From Eledone cirrhosa (taxonomy: Eukaryota): a DNA stretch of 64,000 nucleotides. Positions 1 to 15,045 of the stretch are shown piece by piece. The notes below the pieces were generated by a model, which was not told the DNA's origin, did no database searches, and worked only from the letters and a program-made list of their open reading frames with translations. Position numbers and translations under genes: made by a program. Numbering within the stretch: position 1 is the first letter of the stretch; the number at the start of each line of letters is the position of its first letter. The stretch spans positions 13,020,001 to 13,084,000 of the forward strand of contig OZ024747.1 of the NCBI GenBank assembly GCA_964016885.1, written 5' to 3'.

Positions 1-744
1 GTAATCCATTAATTATTAACAATGCACTTATAAAAGCTGTCACCTGTAACAATTTCTTTTTCCAAGCGGTGCATCATCCTTGTTACCATAGCAATTCAAA
101 AGTTATTGGCAGATTTCTAAATAATTTTGTTTGTGCAATTCTTTGAGATGTTCTGGGACCCAACCTTTCATAAATCTTACTAAACCCACTGGATAATTTA
201 CTAGACAAAAAAAACTATGACTAATTTGCATATTATTTGTCACATTGAGGTTGGTGCTAGGAAGTGCATACAGCTGTAGAAACCAAGTCAAAATTGGTTC
301 TGTATGAGCAAGACATGGTCACCTGACATAGCATGGGTTAGATAAAAACCCATGCCAACGTGGGAACATGAATGTTAAACAGTGATGGTGGTGATGATGA
401 TGATGATTATCAGTAGTCACTCATTTGTTCAGTAGGACCATGTCAACGTTTTGATAATGTGTCACCCACACAGACCTTTTTGAATGTTTCAATCCATTCA
501 TAGGTAGTCTGTTGCAGGAAAACAATAGAACTTCCATTGGTTAACATACTAATGAGAACTTAATCTGTGTTTTAGGTTCAAACCTACACCGTAGTGACTA
601 CAGTGAGACCACATTTAGTGATGCACTTGCAACTAATTTTCCTGTTAACAGGAAATGAATTATATGTACACTGTAGACAATGAAGGACTCGCTCATAAGT
701 ATAGTGTCATATTATTTACATAAAACACCCATACATTATGTGTG

Positions 745-1222
745 AAGGTGTGTGGCTTAGTGGTTAGATAATTAGATTAACAATAGTGAAGTTGTGAGTT
801 CAATTCCCGGACCAGGGAATTTGAGTAGGAATCTTTTATCCTTGTGTTGTATGTAAAAGGAGAGTAAGATTTGCTGGCCACTGCCATCGTGTCACCTATG
901 AGGCTGTGTCCCCATTAGTGCTTTGGAAACCACAAGCAGTCACTAATATTCCGATGTCATCTCCAGAGATTCAGGTATTGAAATCCAGGACTTGGCAATG
1001 GCAATGAATGACAGACCCATGTGGAGATCAATTGTTGAGTTCATTTCAACTGAGGCCACCGGATGATGAATATCCTTCAACAAGACACATTATTTCATGT
1101 TGCTTCTTCTGCCAGGAGTTGCGACAGGTAGATAGTATCAGCAATGGAGAGACCAATGGAAATATTATTGTTCCCTTGGTCTGATTCACTGAGTTCCACC
1201 AAACTCAGTAAGTAAATGAGGT
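745..1222 (+). mobile_element. tRNA-derived SINE (second family), split by insertions
   Basis: Box A TGGCTTAGTGG and box B GAGTTCAATTCC at 752-808. The body CAAGACACATTATTTCATGTTGC resumes near 1080 and matches the minus-strand fragment at 12338-12402. Confidence 0.55.
820..1070 (+). mobile_element. 3' end of a different RTE-like LINE, inserted inside a tRNA-SINE
   Basis: Translates as RFAGHCHRVTYEAVSPLVLWKP.../YSDVISRDSGIEIQDLAMAMNDRPMWRSIV, ending GGATGATGA. Confidence 0.7.
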
Positions 1223-4200
1223 CTGGGGATCTTGTCGACCATTAACCCCTCGCCCACTAATAGTCATACTCATTTTAGTTTTACTACTATTATTGAGAAG
1301 GCAGTGAATTGTACAATCCAGTGACAGACTTAATGTCTTGCGGTGTTTCATCTCTTTACATTCTAAAGTCAATTCTCATGGAGATTAACTTCTGGTGTTG
1401 ATAAAAGGATGGGTTTACTATAGTTATTATTACATTATTAAGAATATTGGCAGGATCGGATGTCATGCTTTATGGCATATAGTTACGTCCATTTATGTTC
1501 TGAGTTCAAATCCCACCGAGGTTAACTTTGCCTTTCATCCTTACGGGGTCAATAGAATAAAGCACCAGTAATGTACTGGGATAATTGCTGGCCTTGTGCC
1601 AAAAGTAGAAACAATTATTAAGAATATATTTGTAACAAAAGGTTTTTATATCAAATTATACTAGGTTTTAAGTAGGAATCTTTTAAAATGGATAGTTTAT
1701 CTTCTAGAGCCAGAGGTGATTTTGATGGGTTAGTATCAAAAGTGTTAATCTGTCCACTTATTCTCTCTATTTCTGTTTGTGATTTCATTCTGAAGGTATT
1801 GTGAGCAATTTCTAATGTTATTTATGTATATACTTAAAACTTTAATAAAAGTACATAGACAAAGTTTACATATTTCAAATCATATAAAGGTTCATATAAT
1901 TCTATTATTTGCACACATTATTATAAACTTCAAGTAAATCTTGGTCATCTTACCATCTTCACTCTCATACTTTCTCTCATTCTTCCACATTATCTTACAC
2001 CTTGAGTAATGTCTGCGCTGTATATTGTAGCTTATGATTAAATTGTTGAAAGCATATTTAATACTTGGAACATTGAAAATGCTGAAATAAGCAAAAGAAA
2101 AATATTTGTTATTCCCTAATATTTATTTTTATTGTTGCTAAATAAGGGAGGTAATTGTGGACAGGTTTCACTCTTATTGGGCACTCTCAGAAAAATATAG
2201 CTTTGCTTTAACTTGCCAACATATTCCCAAAATTTACTAATAGGTTGGTAAAAATCCCAATAGGTATATATACAGAAATACATATAAAAAAAGAGAAATG
2301 TATATATATGTGTAGAGAAAGAGAATTGTTTAAAATCTAAATAATTCTAAGACAGTGTGAATTTTGTTATTGTTTAGCTCCAGGATAGCCCTAAATGAAC
2401 AGACTTATAGTCAGTCATTTTAGTTGAGAGCTTCCAGCCTTTTATTTCAGACAGTATAACGCAGCCTTCACTATTCAATATATCCGTACATTTTTAATAC
2501 AGTAGGGTGTAATTTGAGGAAGACCTGGCTATCATTTCTAACAGGTTGCTCAACCATATATAGGTTTCCTCATTAGCATGAGGTTGGTAATGTATGTATT
2601 CCTTGTCTTCTGTTTTGTGAAATCTTCTATGGTGATTTTGGCAATCTAATTTCCTCGTGGCTATTTGTTTGTTCATAAAAGACTGTAATTTACCTTAACT
2701 AGAACACAAGCAAATCCATATGAAACCCATGAACTTAAGCAAATACAAGCCATAATCCTACAATCAACCCCAACCACAATTTACATACTGTACAAGTCAT
2801 AAATTAGATTTAAACACATCCTTTAATATCTCAGCCCTCCCACTTAAACAACAACCAACCTACTCCAATTACTGGTATGGGAGCAACATATGTCATCACG
2901 CTGCAGTTGTCATATTATATGGTCTCTCTCTCTCTCTATTCTATATATACACACACACAAACATGAAGTGTCTCGGTGCGTTTATGATTATATATTCTCA
3001 ACTACATGTAATCTAATTCTATTTATTTATAATAAAACAACCCCAATATAGTCATTACTATTGTTTCTGTGTATATTTAACGCTATAAAAAAATCTATAC
3101 TCTGTATAATAGTTACAAAGGTTAGTACTACAGAGCTGCCAACACAGATATTGATATAGTATATATATTCATAGTACCATATCTATGATAGAACATAACC
3201 AATGTACTATGGGTTAGTTATATTGGTGCCTCCTTACTCAGATCCACAATGAAAACTATTTTCCCTCTCCTGTATGCTGACAAATTCTCTGACCTGTTGT
3301 AGTAGTGGGTTTATTAGATGTGTTGATATGATTTCCACACCAAAGTTATTATTGATTGATGTGTCATGTTTGTCCTGTAACATTGATTGTTGCTTTAATC
3401 AATCCAATGTGAGATATTAACGAGAGGCATGATTAGTTGAACTCGAAGCTGTTTCAGTTTTGTGAGCCAGATTTCTAGTCATGTGTAAAGTTTTCTGGAT
3501 ATTTTTCTCTGTGTTCTTAGATTTGCTACTATTTTAGTTGAATTTAGAATTTAGGGAAAAGGAGACATAAAATGATGGTGATGATGATGGTGTATGCAAA
3601 TTCCAGAATCCTTACATTTTGATGAATAAATAATGACCTCTAATATAAGCACAAGATGAGCAATTTGTGGAGAGGGGAAAGTTGATTAAATTGACCCTAA
3701 TACTTTTTTTATCAGTCCCAGAAGGATGAAAGCAAAGTTGACCCTGGCAGGATTTGAACTCAGAATGTAAAATGGCCATGAATAAATACTATAAAGCCTT
3801 TTTGTCCCTTGTTCTAAGAATTCTACCAATCCAGTGCCCTTTGATAGATTAATAGTAAAAAGTTTTGAATTATATTATAAATGTTGTTTGTATTAGTTTT
3901 ATATAGCTTCATTTACTCTCGTTACATGGTTCTTACTACTCTGATGACATCATCGCAGTAAACCTCGACATTTATAATGCCTTGTGTGAAGTGTATTGTA
4001 AATCAGTTGATCATATTGGCTTATGACAGAAATAGTATTAAATACTCTCATTCACCATTCTAGCAACTTCTCAATCTTTATTCATTGACAAGCTTAAAAC
4101 AGTAGATCTCAGTATTAGAGCAGAAAATAGAAGCTAGGGGACATCTCTTTTGGTCAATCAGAACTAGAAATAAAATCTGCATTTTTCATAAACTAGCCAT

Positions 4201-4985
4201 TAATTAGAAATCCACTGGTTACATTAATCAGATCAAAGTAGAATATAGGTTACATTTTATTCAATATACATCCTATTTAAAAGCTACTTCCATTTTCTTT
4301 CTTCTTATAGATGTTCTCATAATTCTTATTGATTTTAATGTTTATTTATTTATTTATCATTATGTTCATTGATGGATGGCTGCTGTCATAAGTCTGTTAT
4401 ATTCTTTTGGAGCAGAAGGTTGGTGTATTATCAAGAGAGATTAATGCTAGTGAACTGGATAAACACATCAAAGAGAAGAAAGTTCTAAAATGCATTAAAG
4501 ACTTAGATAATAGGTTTTGAAGACACGGTCATCTGATCTGACTTGCCTCACAATGAGACAACCCATACTAGCATGGAATAATGGATGTTAAATGGTGATG
4601 ATGATGATGATGATGAATGCTGGTGCAGTCTCATTGCAGATAAAGTTTAATCAATGTTCATAACATTAACGAGAGGATCATATTAAAAGTCTTCACAGCA
4701 AAAACTTACATGTCTCCACCAGGAAAAGTAATTATATGGATAGATTCGATGAAATGTGTTTTAGTTTTATGCTATTGACAATAGTTGGGTTAAGAAGTTC
4801 CAGCAGTTTCAAATGAAAAGATGCTACAGAAGAAGACTTGGGCAAAAAGTGGTGAAAGCTGTTCTCAAGATGATGAAATTCACAAAGGAGATGACAAAGG
4901 AATTCAACAAGTGGTGTGACAGTCTTTTAGAGAGAACCCACCCAACCATACAAACATGGAAAGGTAAAAAAGAAAGTTACCTCAA

Positions 4986-5218
4986 CCCTTTAACATTTAA
5001 ACCAGCTGTATCCGGTCAGAATTCTCTCACCTCTTTCTGTTCAAACTAGCTGTAACCATCTGCTTATACTGATGTTATGGTATTGTTCTCAAAATAAATA
5101 ATATCAAAATCACATAGATTCGATATTATGTGAGATAATTGTGTGAGGTAAAGCCTTTACCACGAAAATATAGTAGTATATATAGTAGTATATATAGAGT
5201 AATGTAAATGCTAAAGGG
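4986..5218. mobile_element. piggyBac-like MITE family 1 (partial inverted copies at about 17629-17838 and 41163-41335)
   Basis: Same TIR and body as 59519-59706, right TTAA intact. Confidence 0.82.
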
Positions 5219-5519
5219 TTAACTGAAGCAAGCAATACAACACAGAGCCTATTGAAAAAAAACCCAGCCAGTAGTTCACCATGTTAATTTTATGCCTTCA
5301 TCATCCATTCTGTTGCCTTTCACATGAGAATTTGTTGTATGTTAGGCCTTTGAAGATTCATATACTTCACTATTATCATTGTTCTTACATTGACTTTATG
5401 CTGGTATGGGTTGTACGGACCTTTTTGAGGCAATGTTTTATAGCTGCTTGCCCTTTCTCACACCAACCCTTTTAGTCACTTCTTATGACAAGCAGGGATA
5501 TGGTATACCTATTATAAAT

Positions 5520-6056
5520 TGGGTTGCGTTGGTATGGACATGCATGTAATGCGTATGAAGGATGACAGCTGCATAAAAAGGTGCAGAGCACTAGAAGTCG
5601 ATGGAAGCCATGGAGTGGGGAGACCCAAGAAGACCTGAGATGAGGTGATAAAAGCCGACCTTACCCATTTGCACCTCTCAAAGGCGATGACACAGGACTG
5701 TGACCTCTGGCGTCACACAGTAATGCAGAAGACCCGACTTCCCACAGGAACAAGCTGAAGCATATAGACAATATGCCCCCACCCCCCACACTGCAAAGTG
5801 GTCGTGTACGTGCCACGGCAAAAAAGCACCCAGTCCACACTGTAAAGTGGACGTGTAGGCGCCACGGAAAAAAAGCACCCAGCACTCACTGTAAATGAGG
5901 TTGGTGTTAGGAAGGGCATCCAGCTGTAGAAATCAAGCCAGAATCAGTTCCAGTATGAGCAAGACAAGGTCAGCCGACTGGACACTGCCCACAACAGGAG
6001 AACCCGCCTAACTCATGCTAGCATGGAAGAACAGATGTAAAATGGTGATGATGATA
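5520..6056 (+). mobile_element. RTE LINE 3' fragment, same subfamily as the 26-kb copy
   Basis: Encodes LRWYGH...MKDDSCIKRCRALEVDGSHGVGRPKKT, then 3'UTR with 48-bp units, terminal hairpin and GAT tail. Confidence 0.9.
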
Positions 6057-7507
6057 TACATAACCATGAAAAGAAAATTGATAATGGGAACATATAAGCA
6101 AGATGAGGTCACCTTGACCCACCTGGTCATGGACTGTGACAATCTGTCTAACCCATGCCAACATGGAAAGCAGACATTAAATGATGTTGATGAAATAACC
6201 AGAGCAGTGGAGAAGCAGAAAAAAAGATGTAAAAATAACAAATAAAATTATCATGTGTTGATAATAGCCTTAAGCTACAACATCAGCAGATTTTGACTTT
6301 GGGTATAATTTCTAGACATGAAAACTGCTGATTTGATTTTTGTTGTTGTTGAATATGGCTTGTTGGATAGACTTTAAAATTAGTCACTGTTGCTAAGTTT
6401 AAAACTAATTCCTTTCCAAAATACCTGACATAAAGTGAGAGAGAAAGAGAGATAAAAATAGATGGATAGATAAATGGGTGGATGGGTGGATGGGTGGATG
6501 GATGGATGGGTGGAGAGAGAGAGGTGGGCAAGAACTACAATGGACAGACACTAAAGAATGAAATCTTCTGGAAGTAATAAATCCAATTTATGTTTGGAAT
6601 GATTGTTGCTCTTTCACAAGCTATGTTTCTCTTTTTATTTTTTTCTCTCTCCTTTACATATATGTTTGTGTGTGTTTATGTATATATGTATATATGTATA
6701 TATATATATATGTATGTGTGTGCATGTATGTTTGTGTGTATATGTATTTATATACATATGGTTGTATGTATGTTTCCACACGTGCACGTATGTATACACG
6801 CAAACAAACCCATCAGCTGAAGACAACTTTAACCTGTCTACAGTATGTTATGCAGAATTTATCAGTAAATTATCAATAATTTGATTCCTGTCATCAAAAT
6901 AAAATTACTGTCTAAACTCCCACACAACTCAACATCTGGCTGTCAGTCATTTTATCTATCTCAGCCTCACAATTCATCTTTGACTCTCAATACTTTTTCA
7001 CCTTCTACTTTCACACACTTTCAATGAGGGAGCCTCTACATGGTCTCTTGACCTGATAGAATTAGCAATCAAATCTTTTCTAAAGTCTTACTCTACCTTC
7101 TTAACCCTTCTGATACAAATAAGCCCCAAACTGTCTCTAGGTCCATAAAACAAAACCCACTCATTTTAAAAGGTTAGTATTTAAATTAAAACCTTCCAAT
7201 GTTAGAAGTACCATCTTAATAATGAAATAATTGATAATTTTAGTACATCCTTCCAAATTCTTTATATCAATTAATTATCAAATGCCCCGTATATCATTAT
7301 AAATAAGGAAAATTGTTAAAGTTATACAAAAAGATGATACACCATGAGCTTGGTTTGTAGTTTAAGGTTTTTGTTTCCAAAGGTATGATGGGCGAGTTTT
7401 CCAAAAGCAACACGTGTCTGACAATTACCACCTAGAAAACCAAAATACTTGCATAACCTGCTCTGATTTCAACATCACCATCTCCATACACACCCATACA
7501 CATATAC

Positions 7508-7918
7508 TCGAGATCTTTGGTGCTATGCAGTTATACAGAAGACCCGCCTTCCCTTACATACAAACTTAAACCTACAGTCAGTAGGCACCTCTTAACCCAA
7601 TATACACTCCACCCCACACACCCTATTCCATCCTCCCACTTCCGTCCACTGTAAAGTGGTTGTGTAGGTGACATGACAAAAAGCACCCAGTCCACACTGT
7701 AAAGTGGTCACGTAGGAGACACGGTAAAAAGGCTCCCAGTCCAATCTGTAAATGTGGTTGGTGTTAGGAAGAGCATCCAGCCATAGAAAACCTGCCAGAG
7801 ACAGTTCTGTACGAGCGAGACACAGTCATCTGACCAATCTTGCCTCAAGTGGGACAAACCCGTCCAACCCATGCTAGCGTGGAAGATGGACGTTAAACAA
7901 TGATGACGATGATGATGA
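7508..7918 (+). mobile_element. RTE LINE 3' fragment
   Basis: Matches the 3' ends of the 28.5-kb and 32-kb copies. CCATGCTAGCGTGG hairpin, GAT tail, then (TA)n. Confidence 0.85.
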
Positions 7919-8411
7919 TATATATATATATATATATACATACACACACATGTACACTCACACACGTACACCCACACACACACACATATGCACATACACA
8001 CTCACATGCACCCTCAACTATCCCCCCCCCCCTGACCATATACTCATCCATCCGTTCATCTATCTCTCTACTCCTATCTGTTTACACACACACACATTTT
8101 ATCACCCCCACCCCTCTCTGTCAACTCTGCTTCATTAAAATAACTTATTCTTTGAGGACGTAGACAATTTTTTTTCTCCATTTAGCTTATCTTAATCTCA
8201 AACTGACACAAACCCAGACTATTTCTGTACGCAGACAAATGATATAGCTAATAAGTCTTGCAATCTGATGCAAAAGAAATCTTTCAGCATCATTCATCAT
8301 TCATTGTCCATCCACCATCATCCATCATTGTTATTCTTATTGTTATTGTTGAAAAAAAGAAGTTATCTTTGTTATATTTTCTAAATGGCATCTTTGAATA
8401 ATTCACTTCAG

Positions 8412-8453
<42 letters not shown>

Positions 8454-8633
8454 TTTTTTTTTAAATATGCTAATTTTTCACACTTATCCTTGAACACTAT
8501 TGTACATTATATCCACTTATTGATTCTTTTGTCACTACTTTGGTAAGTACAGTGAAGTCTGTGCACTGATGAGAAGGTCTAATATGATGGAAACATAACC
8601 AAAGTTGTCTCCCCTACTTGCTGTAATTACTAA

Positions 8634-8820
8634 AATAATTGTTTCTACGTTAGGCACAAGGCCAGCAATTACCCAGTGCATTACTGGTACTTTATTTTAT
8701 CGACCCCGTAAGGATGAAAGGCAAAGTCAACCTCGGCGGGATTTGAACTCAGTTCGTAAAGGGACGTAACTATGCTGGAAAGCATGGCGTCCGACCCTCT
8801 ACCCATACTGCCAATCCACT
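8634..8820 (-). mobile_element. Major-family SINE (others at about 1447-1620+, 3640-3840-, 13300-13515-, 15690-15875-, 18830-19010-, 19070-19250+, 21215-21360+, 21510-21655+, 21665-21885+, 43205-43260-, 60650-60800-)
   Basis: Near-identical to the reverse complement of 50746-50937. Confidence 0.88.
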
Positions 8821-9651
8821 AATATTTATACATTGATCTATGCTGTTTTTTTTGCATAAACATTTTCTTATTTGATTAGTGATAATCATTGTATTAAATC
8901 ATGTTAACACTCACTTAGCTATTGTATTTTCCCAGATAGATTTAATATTAATAAAGTGTGTAGAGAGAGAGAACGTAGGAAAGACAGAGGGAAATAAAAA
9001 AGATAGTTAGATTGATAGAGGGTGAGAGAGATATATATATATGTAGAGATAGAGGGGGAGACAAATATATAGTGAGTGAGAGAAATAAAGGGAGAAAGTG
9101 AGATAGAGAGAAAGAGATGGCAGCTTTGTCATTTCTTCTACTTTTCACCATGTGACAAAGATGATTAATGTATGTATGTATGTATGTATATATATATGTA
9201 TATATATATGTATATATATATATATATATTTGATGTTTGTTTAATATATATATATATATATATGTATGTATGAATTAGCATTGTCACATGTTACATAATC
9301 ATATTTATTGCATAATACATATTTCAGTAACACCAGTAGGGAGCTGTTATGTAATCATTACAATAGCATCTGGCACTGGTATGACATCATCAGTTAACAC
9401 AATTATGTGAAGGAGTTGATATGCTGCAGGCAAATGCTTCCATATTTGCGAAACTGAAATACTTATTATGCAATAAATATGATTATTTAACATCTCTCTT
9501 GACGTTAATTCATAAATAGAAACTCCATGGATAAGCAACACAGTAATTAGCAACTATATATATATATATATATATAAATATATATATGTAGGAGGTGAGT
9601 TTTATTGTAGTACAATAAAGCAATGCAGATATTGGATAAGAAGCACTCTAC

Positions 9652-9684
<33 letters not shown>

Positions 9685-9781
9685 CTAATAATAAATGTGA
9701 AGACTAAAATCTGAAGAGGGCTCTGTTCTTATAATACACACACACACACACACACACAGACACAGACACACAGGCACACAG

Positions 9782-9841
<60 letters not shown>

Positions 9842-11342
9842 TTGTATAGTATTGATTGAGAAAATATGGAGATGTTAAAAAGAAATATATCTAAACATTG
9901 GACATAGAAATTTAACAAGCCTGGAGGTGTTTGTTCAGGTGAAAAATGTATATTTCAAAGAAAAGGAAGATTACATTTACACTGACACCCACACAGAAAC
10001 ACATATACTCAACAACACACATATACTCAACAACACACATACATGCAAGAAATGCATAGACACACAACTTTAATCCTTTCATTACAATATTTCTAATGTA
10101 ATACACTATGTATGTATTTCAATTAACTTTGAAAATAAACAAAAATTAGGAAGAGTTTAATAAAACAAGTATGCTTTTCATTAATAAGCTGATGTTTAGA
10201 ACATTACTTAAACATTTTAAAAGTAAATCTATAATGGAACATTTTATAATGAGCAGGGTGGTTTCAGGCAGTTTTATATCAAAAATGTTATGTCATCTTG
10301 TATAGATGTAATATATTTGGAATAACTGTAATATATTTTCAGATATAATGTATTTACTACTACATTATATAATATATTCTTCCCTTTTTTAAAGACAATA
10401 GTGGATAAATTGAGGGCTATTTGACTGCTATTTCTAACAGGTTAATATGTTCAGTCTTATGGAGGTTTCTTTACTGACTTCAAGCTGTTGGTACTGACTG
10501 GTGTAGTTTGATATAATTTTTCACCTTGTCCTGGTCAGTGTGAAGTTTTATATCCTTAGTTATATTTTACTAGTTTCTTCTTATGAATGTTGGATCACTC
10601 GTGTCACTAAATATTATTTCTGTGTGCTAAAATAGGGAGTGTGTAGCACAACAGGTTTGAGAAATATTACCAGCCATTTCCTACAAATTTCACTAATGGT
10701 TTTTGTTATGATTTTGGCAGCTATTATATGGGCAAGTGCATTTGTTGGTTACTTTACTTCAACCGTTCTTGTTAGGGCAACCGTACTTAATGTGGTTTTG
10801 GTTGTCCTTTCACCTAATTTACTGTGTAAAGTGTTTTCATGATGTGCAGTGTGTTAATTATGTAAAAAGGTTGGTTTTGGTGTTAATAAATTTCCTGATT
10901 GCCAAAGCAAGGTGCTTTAATTTCAAATTTTTATAGTGTATAATTGAATATAATTTATTCATAAGGTTTTGTATGATGTTTATTTTGTTTAATTAACTTC
11001 TTTAAAACTCAGTAGTATTGTAATAACTATTCATCTGTTTTTTTTTTATTGTAGACAGTATGTCTTTTGTCTCATGTCTGTTGAAGTTATTTATTTTCTA
11101 GTTACATTTATAGCTAGCTGTGTACACTAATTTGCTTGCATATCTGTTATAGATTATGTTTTGTATTTCATCCCTCCGGAAGCAATGAAATAATTACTAG
11201 GCATATACTCAGATCAATTCAATTCAAAGTATCATCACTTATTAATTTATAGCCTTGTGCCAATAGAAATAAATCAATTGATTATGAAGTGAATATTGAA
11301 TCCATAATTTTAGATACATCCTTTTTTCTGCAGAAGAAAGGT

Positions 11343-11802
11343 TTAACCCCTTTGATATCAAACTACTTGAAACTGTACCTGGTTCTATGATACAAATCTG
11401 TTTATTCTAAAGTGCTTGTATTTATCTAAAAGCCTTGTATCATAATCTTATATAAGAACCATGTGATAGGAAGGACATCCAGTTGTAGAAAGCCTGCCAA
11501 ACCAAGGAGTGGGAGGACCTTTCAGTTATGTCAAAGATATGACAACCTCCTTGGTGCACTCGATAGAATATAAGTGAGATGGAGACCATGTCTGGGAGGT
11601 CAGTAGCCCTGCCTCATTACTCACTTGGTCTATGTAGGCTCATCCAATCCTTTCTAGCAGGGAAATCGGACATTAAACAATGATGATGATGATATTAAGT
11701 TACGCTCCAAGTACCAGCATTATCGTAAGTTATTTATTTTATTAAATCTCACTCTAAATTAATCAGTGTCTGTCATTAGAAATATGGTAACAAAAGGGTT
11801 AC
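11343..11802. mobile_element. piggyBac-like MITE family 2, interrupted by an RTE 3' end (relatives at about 7101-7325, 15540-16038, 53980-54227)
   Basis: TTAACCC.TTTGATA...AAAGGGTTA termini and a shared internal GAAACTG...TAAGAACC...TCCAAA segment. Confidence 0.6.
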
Positions 11803-12139
11803 ATTTGGTGTAGATATTTTGATCTTTTATAGGGTTAGTGTGTTTCAGAAAAATAAATTAACATGCTGTTTATTACATTAGAAAAAAGACAAGGTAAGAA
11901 AGACAAAGCTTACTTTGAAAAATATTTCAGTTGTTTAGAGTCCACTCTGGTAAATCTGTAGGCAATGACATGCTCAGAAATTATACACAAACTTAACACC
12001 TCACACTTAGACTAGCTTTTCAGATTTTCAGTAATTTGAAAATTAGTCTATGCTGTGGAGTCATAATAAATTATTGGTGAGTGACGTTTGCAATCTAGTT
12101 TCAATTCTTGATAGAACTATTTCACTTCACTTTAATCAT

Positions 12140-12308
12140 CATTTCATCATTTCATTTTACGTCCGCTTTTTCCCTGCCTGCAAGGGTGGGACGGGAACTG
12201 ATTCTGGCTTGATTTCTACAGCTGGATGCCCTTCCTAACACCAACTTCATTTACAGTGAGAGCTGGGTGCTTTTTGGCCGTGGCACCTCCACGACCACTT
12301 TGCAGTGG
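12140..12308 (-). mobile_element. RTE 3'UTR fragment
   Basis: Close match to 25736-25970. Confidence 0.8.
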
Positions 12309-14264
12309 AATGATAGGGACCCTAGGGTCCCTATCATCTCATTTCTACAGCTGAGTAAACTGGAACAATGTGAAATAAAGTGTCTTGCTCAAGGAAACAG
12401 CAAATATTTTTAATAAAGTCACAGATTTCATAAACACCACTCATAACCCCTTCTTTTAAATCTTTCACTTTGTAACTACTTTGAAAATCATTTCCTGTAC
12501 TCTTGCTCTTAGAAGTATTAGCCTAATAGTACAACTTTCAGTACTACTGACCACCAGTGAGCACCAATGAACCACAAAGATACTTTTCAGTAGTTGCCTT
12601 TATATTGCACTTAAGGACACATTGGATAATGTAATCTTGGATACTATGTCTAAAAAAAAAAAGTCTCCTTTGATTATAGGTTTAGTCAGTCATGGCTGAC
12701 ATTGCAGCTAAACAACAGCGAGTATCAATTCTAATGGTTATTAATTGAACGAATCTCTACCACCACCTACCACTGTAGCAATCAATGATGCTTGAAGCAT
12801 GTGAGGAAAACATTGAATGATATCCCAGATGAATGTCTAAATAAATAGGGCTTTACAGAAGCTTTGGAGTTGTGTGTTTATGAACCAGCACCTTTTTACA
12901 TAGGAGAGTTCTCTTTTTAAGCAAAGCACTAAATTCTGTTGGAAACTTACTTAATATAGTTTGTGCATTAGATACTTATGTCAGATAACTAAAGGATATG
13001 ACCTGTTCCACTTTAAAGTTTCCATTAAATGATTTCCAGATTAGAGATACTAATCTTTCAGTGATGATTTATTATTTAAACATACTGAAAAGATGTGTTG
13101 TAACATGTTATAGAGAGACACAACAACTAGAAAAGATAAAATACAACAGATTAATTAAGGGACGGAAAAACTTACATAGATTTGTTCTCATTGGCTCAGA
13201 ATTAAAACTATTATTCCTGTAATTGATTTTTAATGTCTAAAGTTAACATTTAAATGCTCAAATCATTATTGTATCTTTTATACATATAAGATGTAAATAA
13301 TGATTTCTACATGAGGCACAAGGCCAACAATTTAGAGGAAGGGGAAAGTTAATTCAATAACCCCAATATTCCACTAGTACGTTATTTTATTGACCCTGGA
13401 AGGATGAAAGGAAAAGTTGACTTCAGTGAGATTTGAACTCAGAATGTAATGAGATAGAAGAACTGCTGCTAAGTATTTTGTCCAAGGTTCTAGTAATTCT
13501 GTCAATCCACCACCCTCCGTAAAGTTTAAATAATAAAAGAATCTATCTGCATCAACTACACTCATTTATTTAGATCTTTGTCATAGATCTTTTGTTTATC
13601 AAATGTTATATATTTGTTTTCCATTGGTTAGAAAGATCATGAAATTTCAGTTGTGTAAGGAAAATATCTGAGGCTTGAATACCTGTCATAATGACATGAG
13701 AGTGAGAATGGTATCTATCATTTAGCTTGATTTCTTAAAAGTACTTGAGTGATGTAGAACACAATATTTCTAGTTGGATCTAAATTTATGGCCTAATAAT
13801 CAAGTTATGAGATGTGTTAGTCTACAACCCAATACTTTATAACTTTATTATTTCATTTGAATATGAAATATTTTCAGAAATAGTTAACTGGTTACAAAAA
13901 TTTAGTTTTCAGAAAAGCTACTTAAATGAGAAAATGAGTTATATTCTGAGTAAAGAGAAGAAATTGAGATATAATGATGTTATTTCTGCTGACATAAAGC
14001 AACATAGCAGCAATCATAATATGACCTACTAAAGCATGGGTTAGTCTTGCAGGCCTCTTAATAGGCTTCAAACTTTCTGAGGTAATGTTTTATGACCAGA
14101 TACTTTTCTGGTGCCAACCATTTTAGTTGTCTTTTACAACATGCAGAGAAACAGTGCACCTGTTCTAAACTGGATACTGAAATAATACAGACTAATACTA
14201 ATCAATATAATTTTTGCTGTACTCACTATAAACTGATATTTGTTACTGTTAAACCAATTTCTGC

Positions 14265-15045
14265 TGAGAGATCTTCAACATTTCTTGAAATTCTCTGATA
14301 TTTAATCCCTTGTTTTTTTTTTTAATGAAGTTAATGTTTTTTGATAACCAATTTCATGCCATTGATCTTTCTGAGAACATGTACACAGGAATTTTGTTGG
14401 TGAATATATACAATTACTGTATTGGAAGCCTGTTGACTGTTCTCTATCTATCTTGATCAAAATGACAAGTTGTTTTTGAGAACCTAACATAGATAACCCT
14501 TTGTCCATAACTATGCTGTTGAGTTTTTCCTAGGGTAAATCAAAATCATTTATTGTTGATTTGACACTAGAAAGAAAGATTTTCCTCTCTGGTAGTCCCA
14601 TGCATCGATTTTAAAGCAAGTAAATCTTCTTTTATCGGAAAGGTTGCCATTATCCCTCATACAAATATAAACAACTGTGACATATTTACTGTATCTGTTG
14701 TCTCATCTACAGCTATCGAATAAAACACAAATCTGGTGCTGCTTATTTCAAAGATACTTGGATGCTGTTAGCTATATCTATTATACGATCAGAAACTGTC
14801 CTTTGTGATAAACTAATATTCTCAAACAATCTGACATTTTCCGGGCTTAAAATGTATACAGCAGCAACTACTCACTCTTTAGCAAACTTGTCTTTGACGC
14901 AATAAGCTCAAACACCCCATAACTTGCTTGCTTTTTTGAAGTATATTTTATTAATATGTCGTTTGAAAATAGATTACTGTTTGCATTATCATTCTTTTAA
15001 AAATGCTAGCTTGTCAAAATGTAGGAGTTTTTCTTTTTAGTATTT
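14265..15045 (-). pseudogene. hAT-Charlie/SPIN-like (GTF2IRD2-type) transposase relic
   Basis: Stitched translation ILSPENVRLFENISLSQRTVSDRIIDIA...FYSIAVDETTD...SQLFIFV*G...EDLLALKSMHGTT...IVMDKGLSMLG...IHQQ, with several stops and frameshifts. Confidence 0.8.

Noticed and set aside
652-698. Possible micro-exon (EMNYMYTVDNEGLAH)
   Set aside because: AG/GT boundaries exist but the donor is weak and there is no homology support.
8561-8614. Hammerhead-like CTGATGA...GAAAC...GTC
   Set aside because: Core is present but stems I and II barely pair. At most a very old relic.
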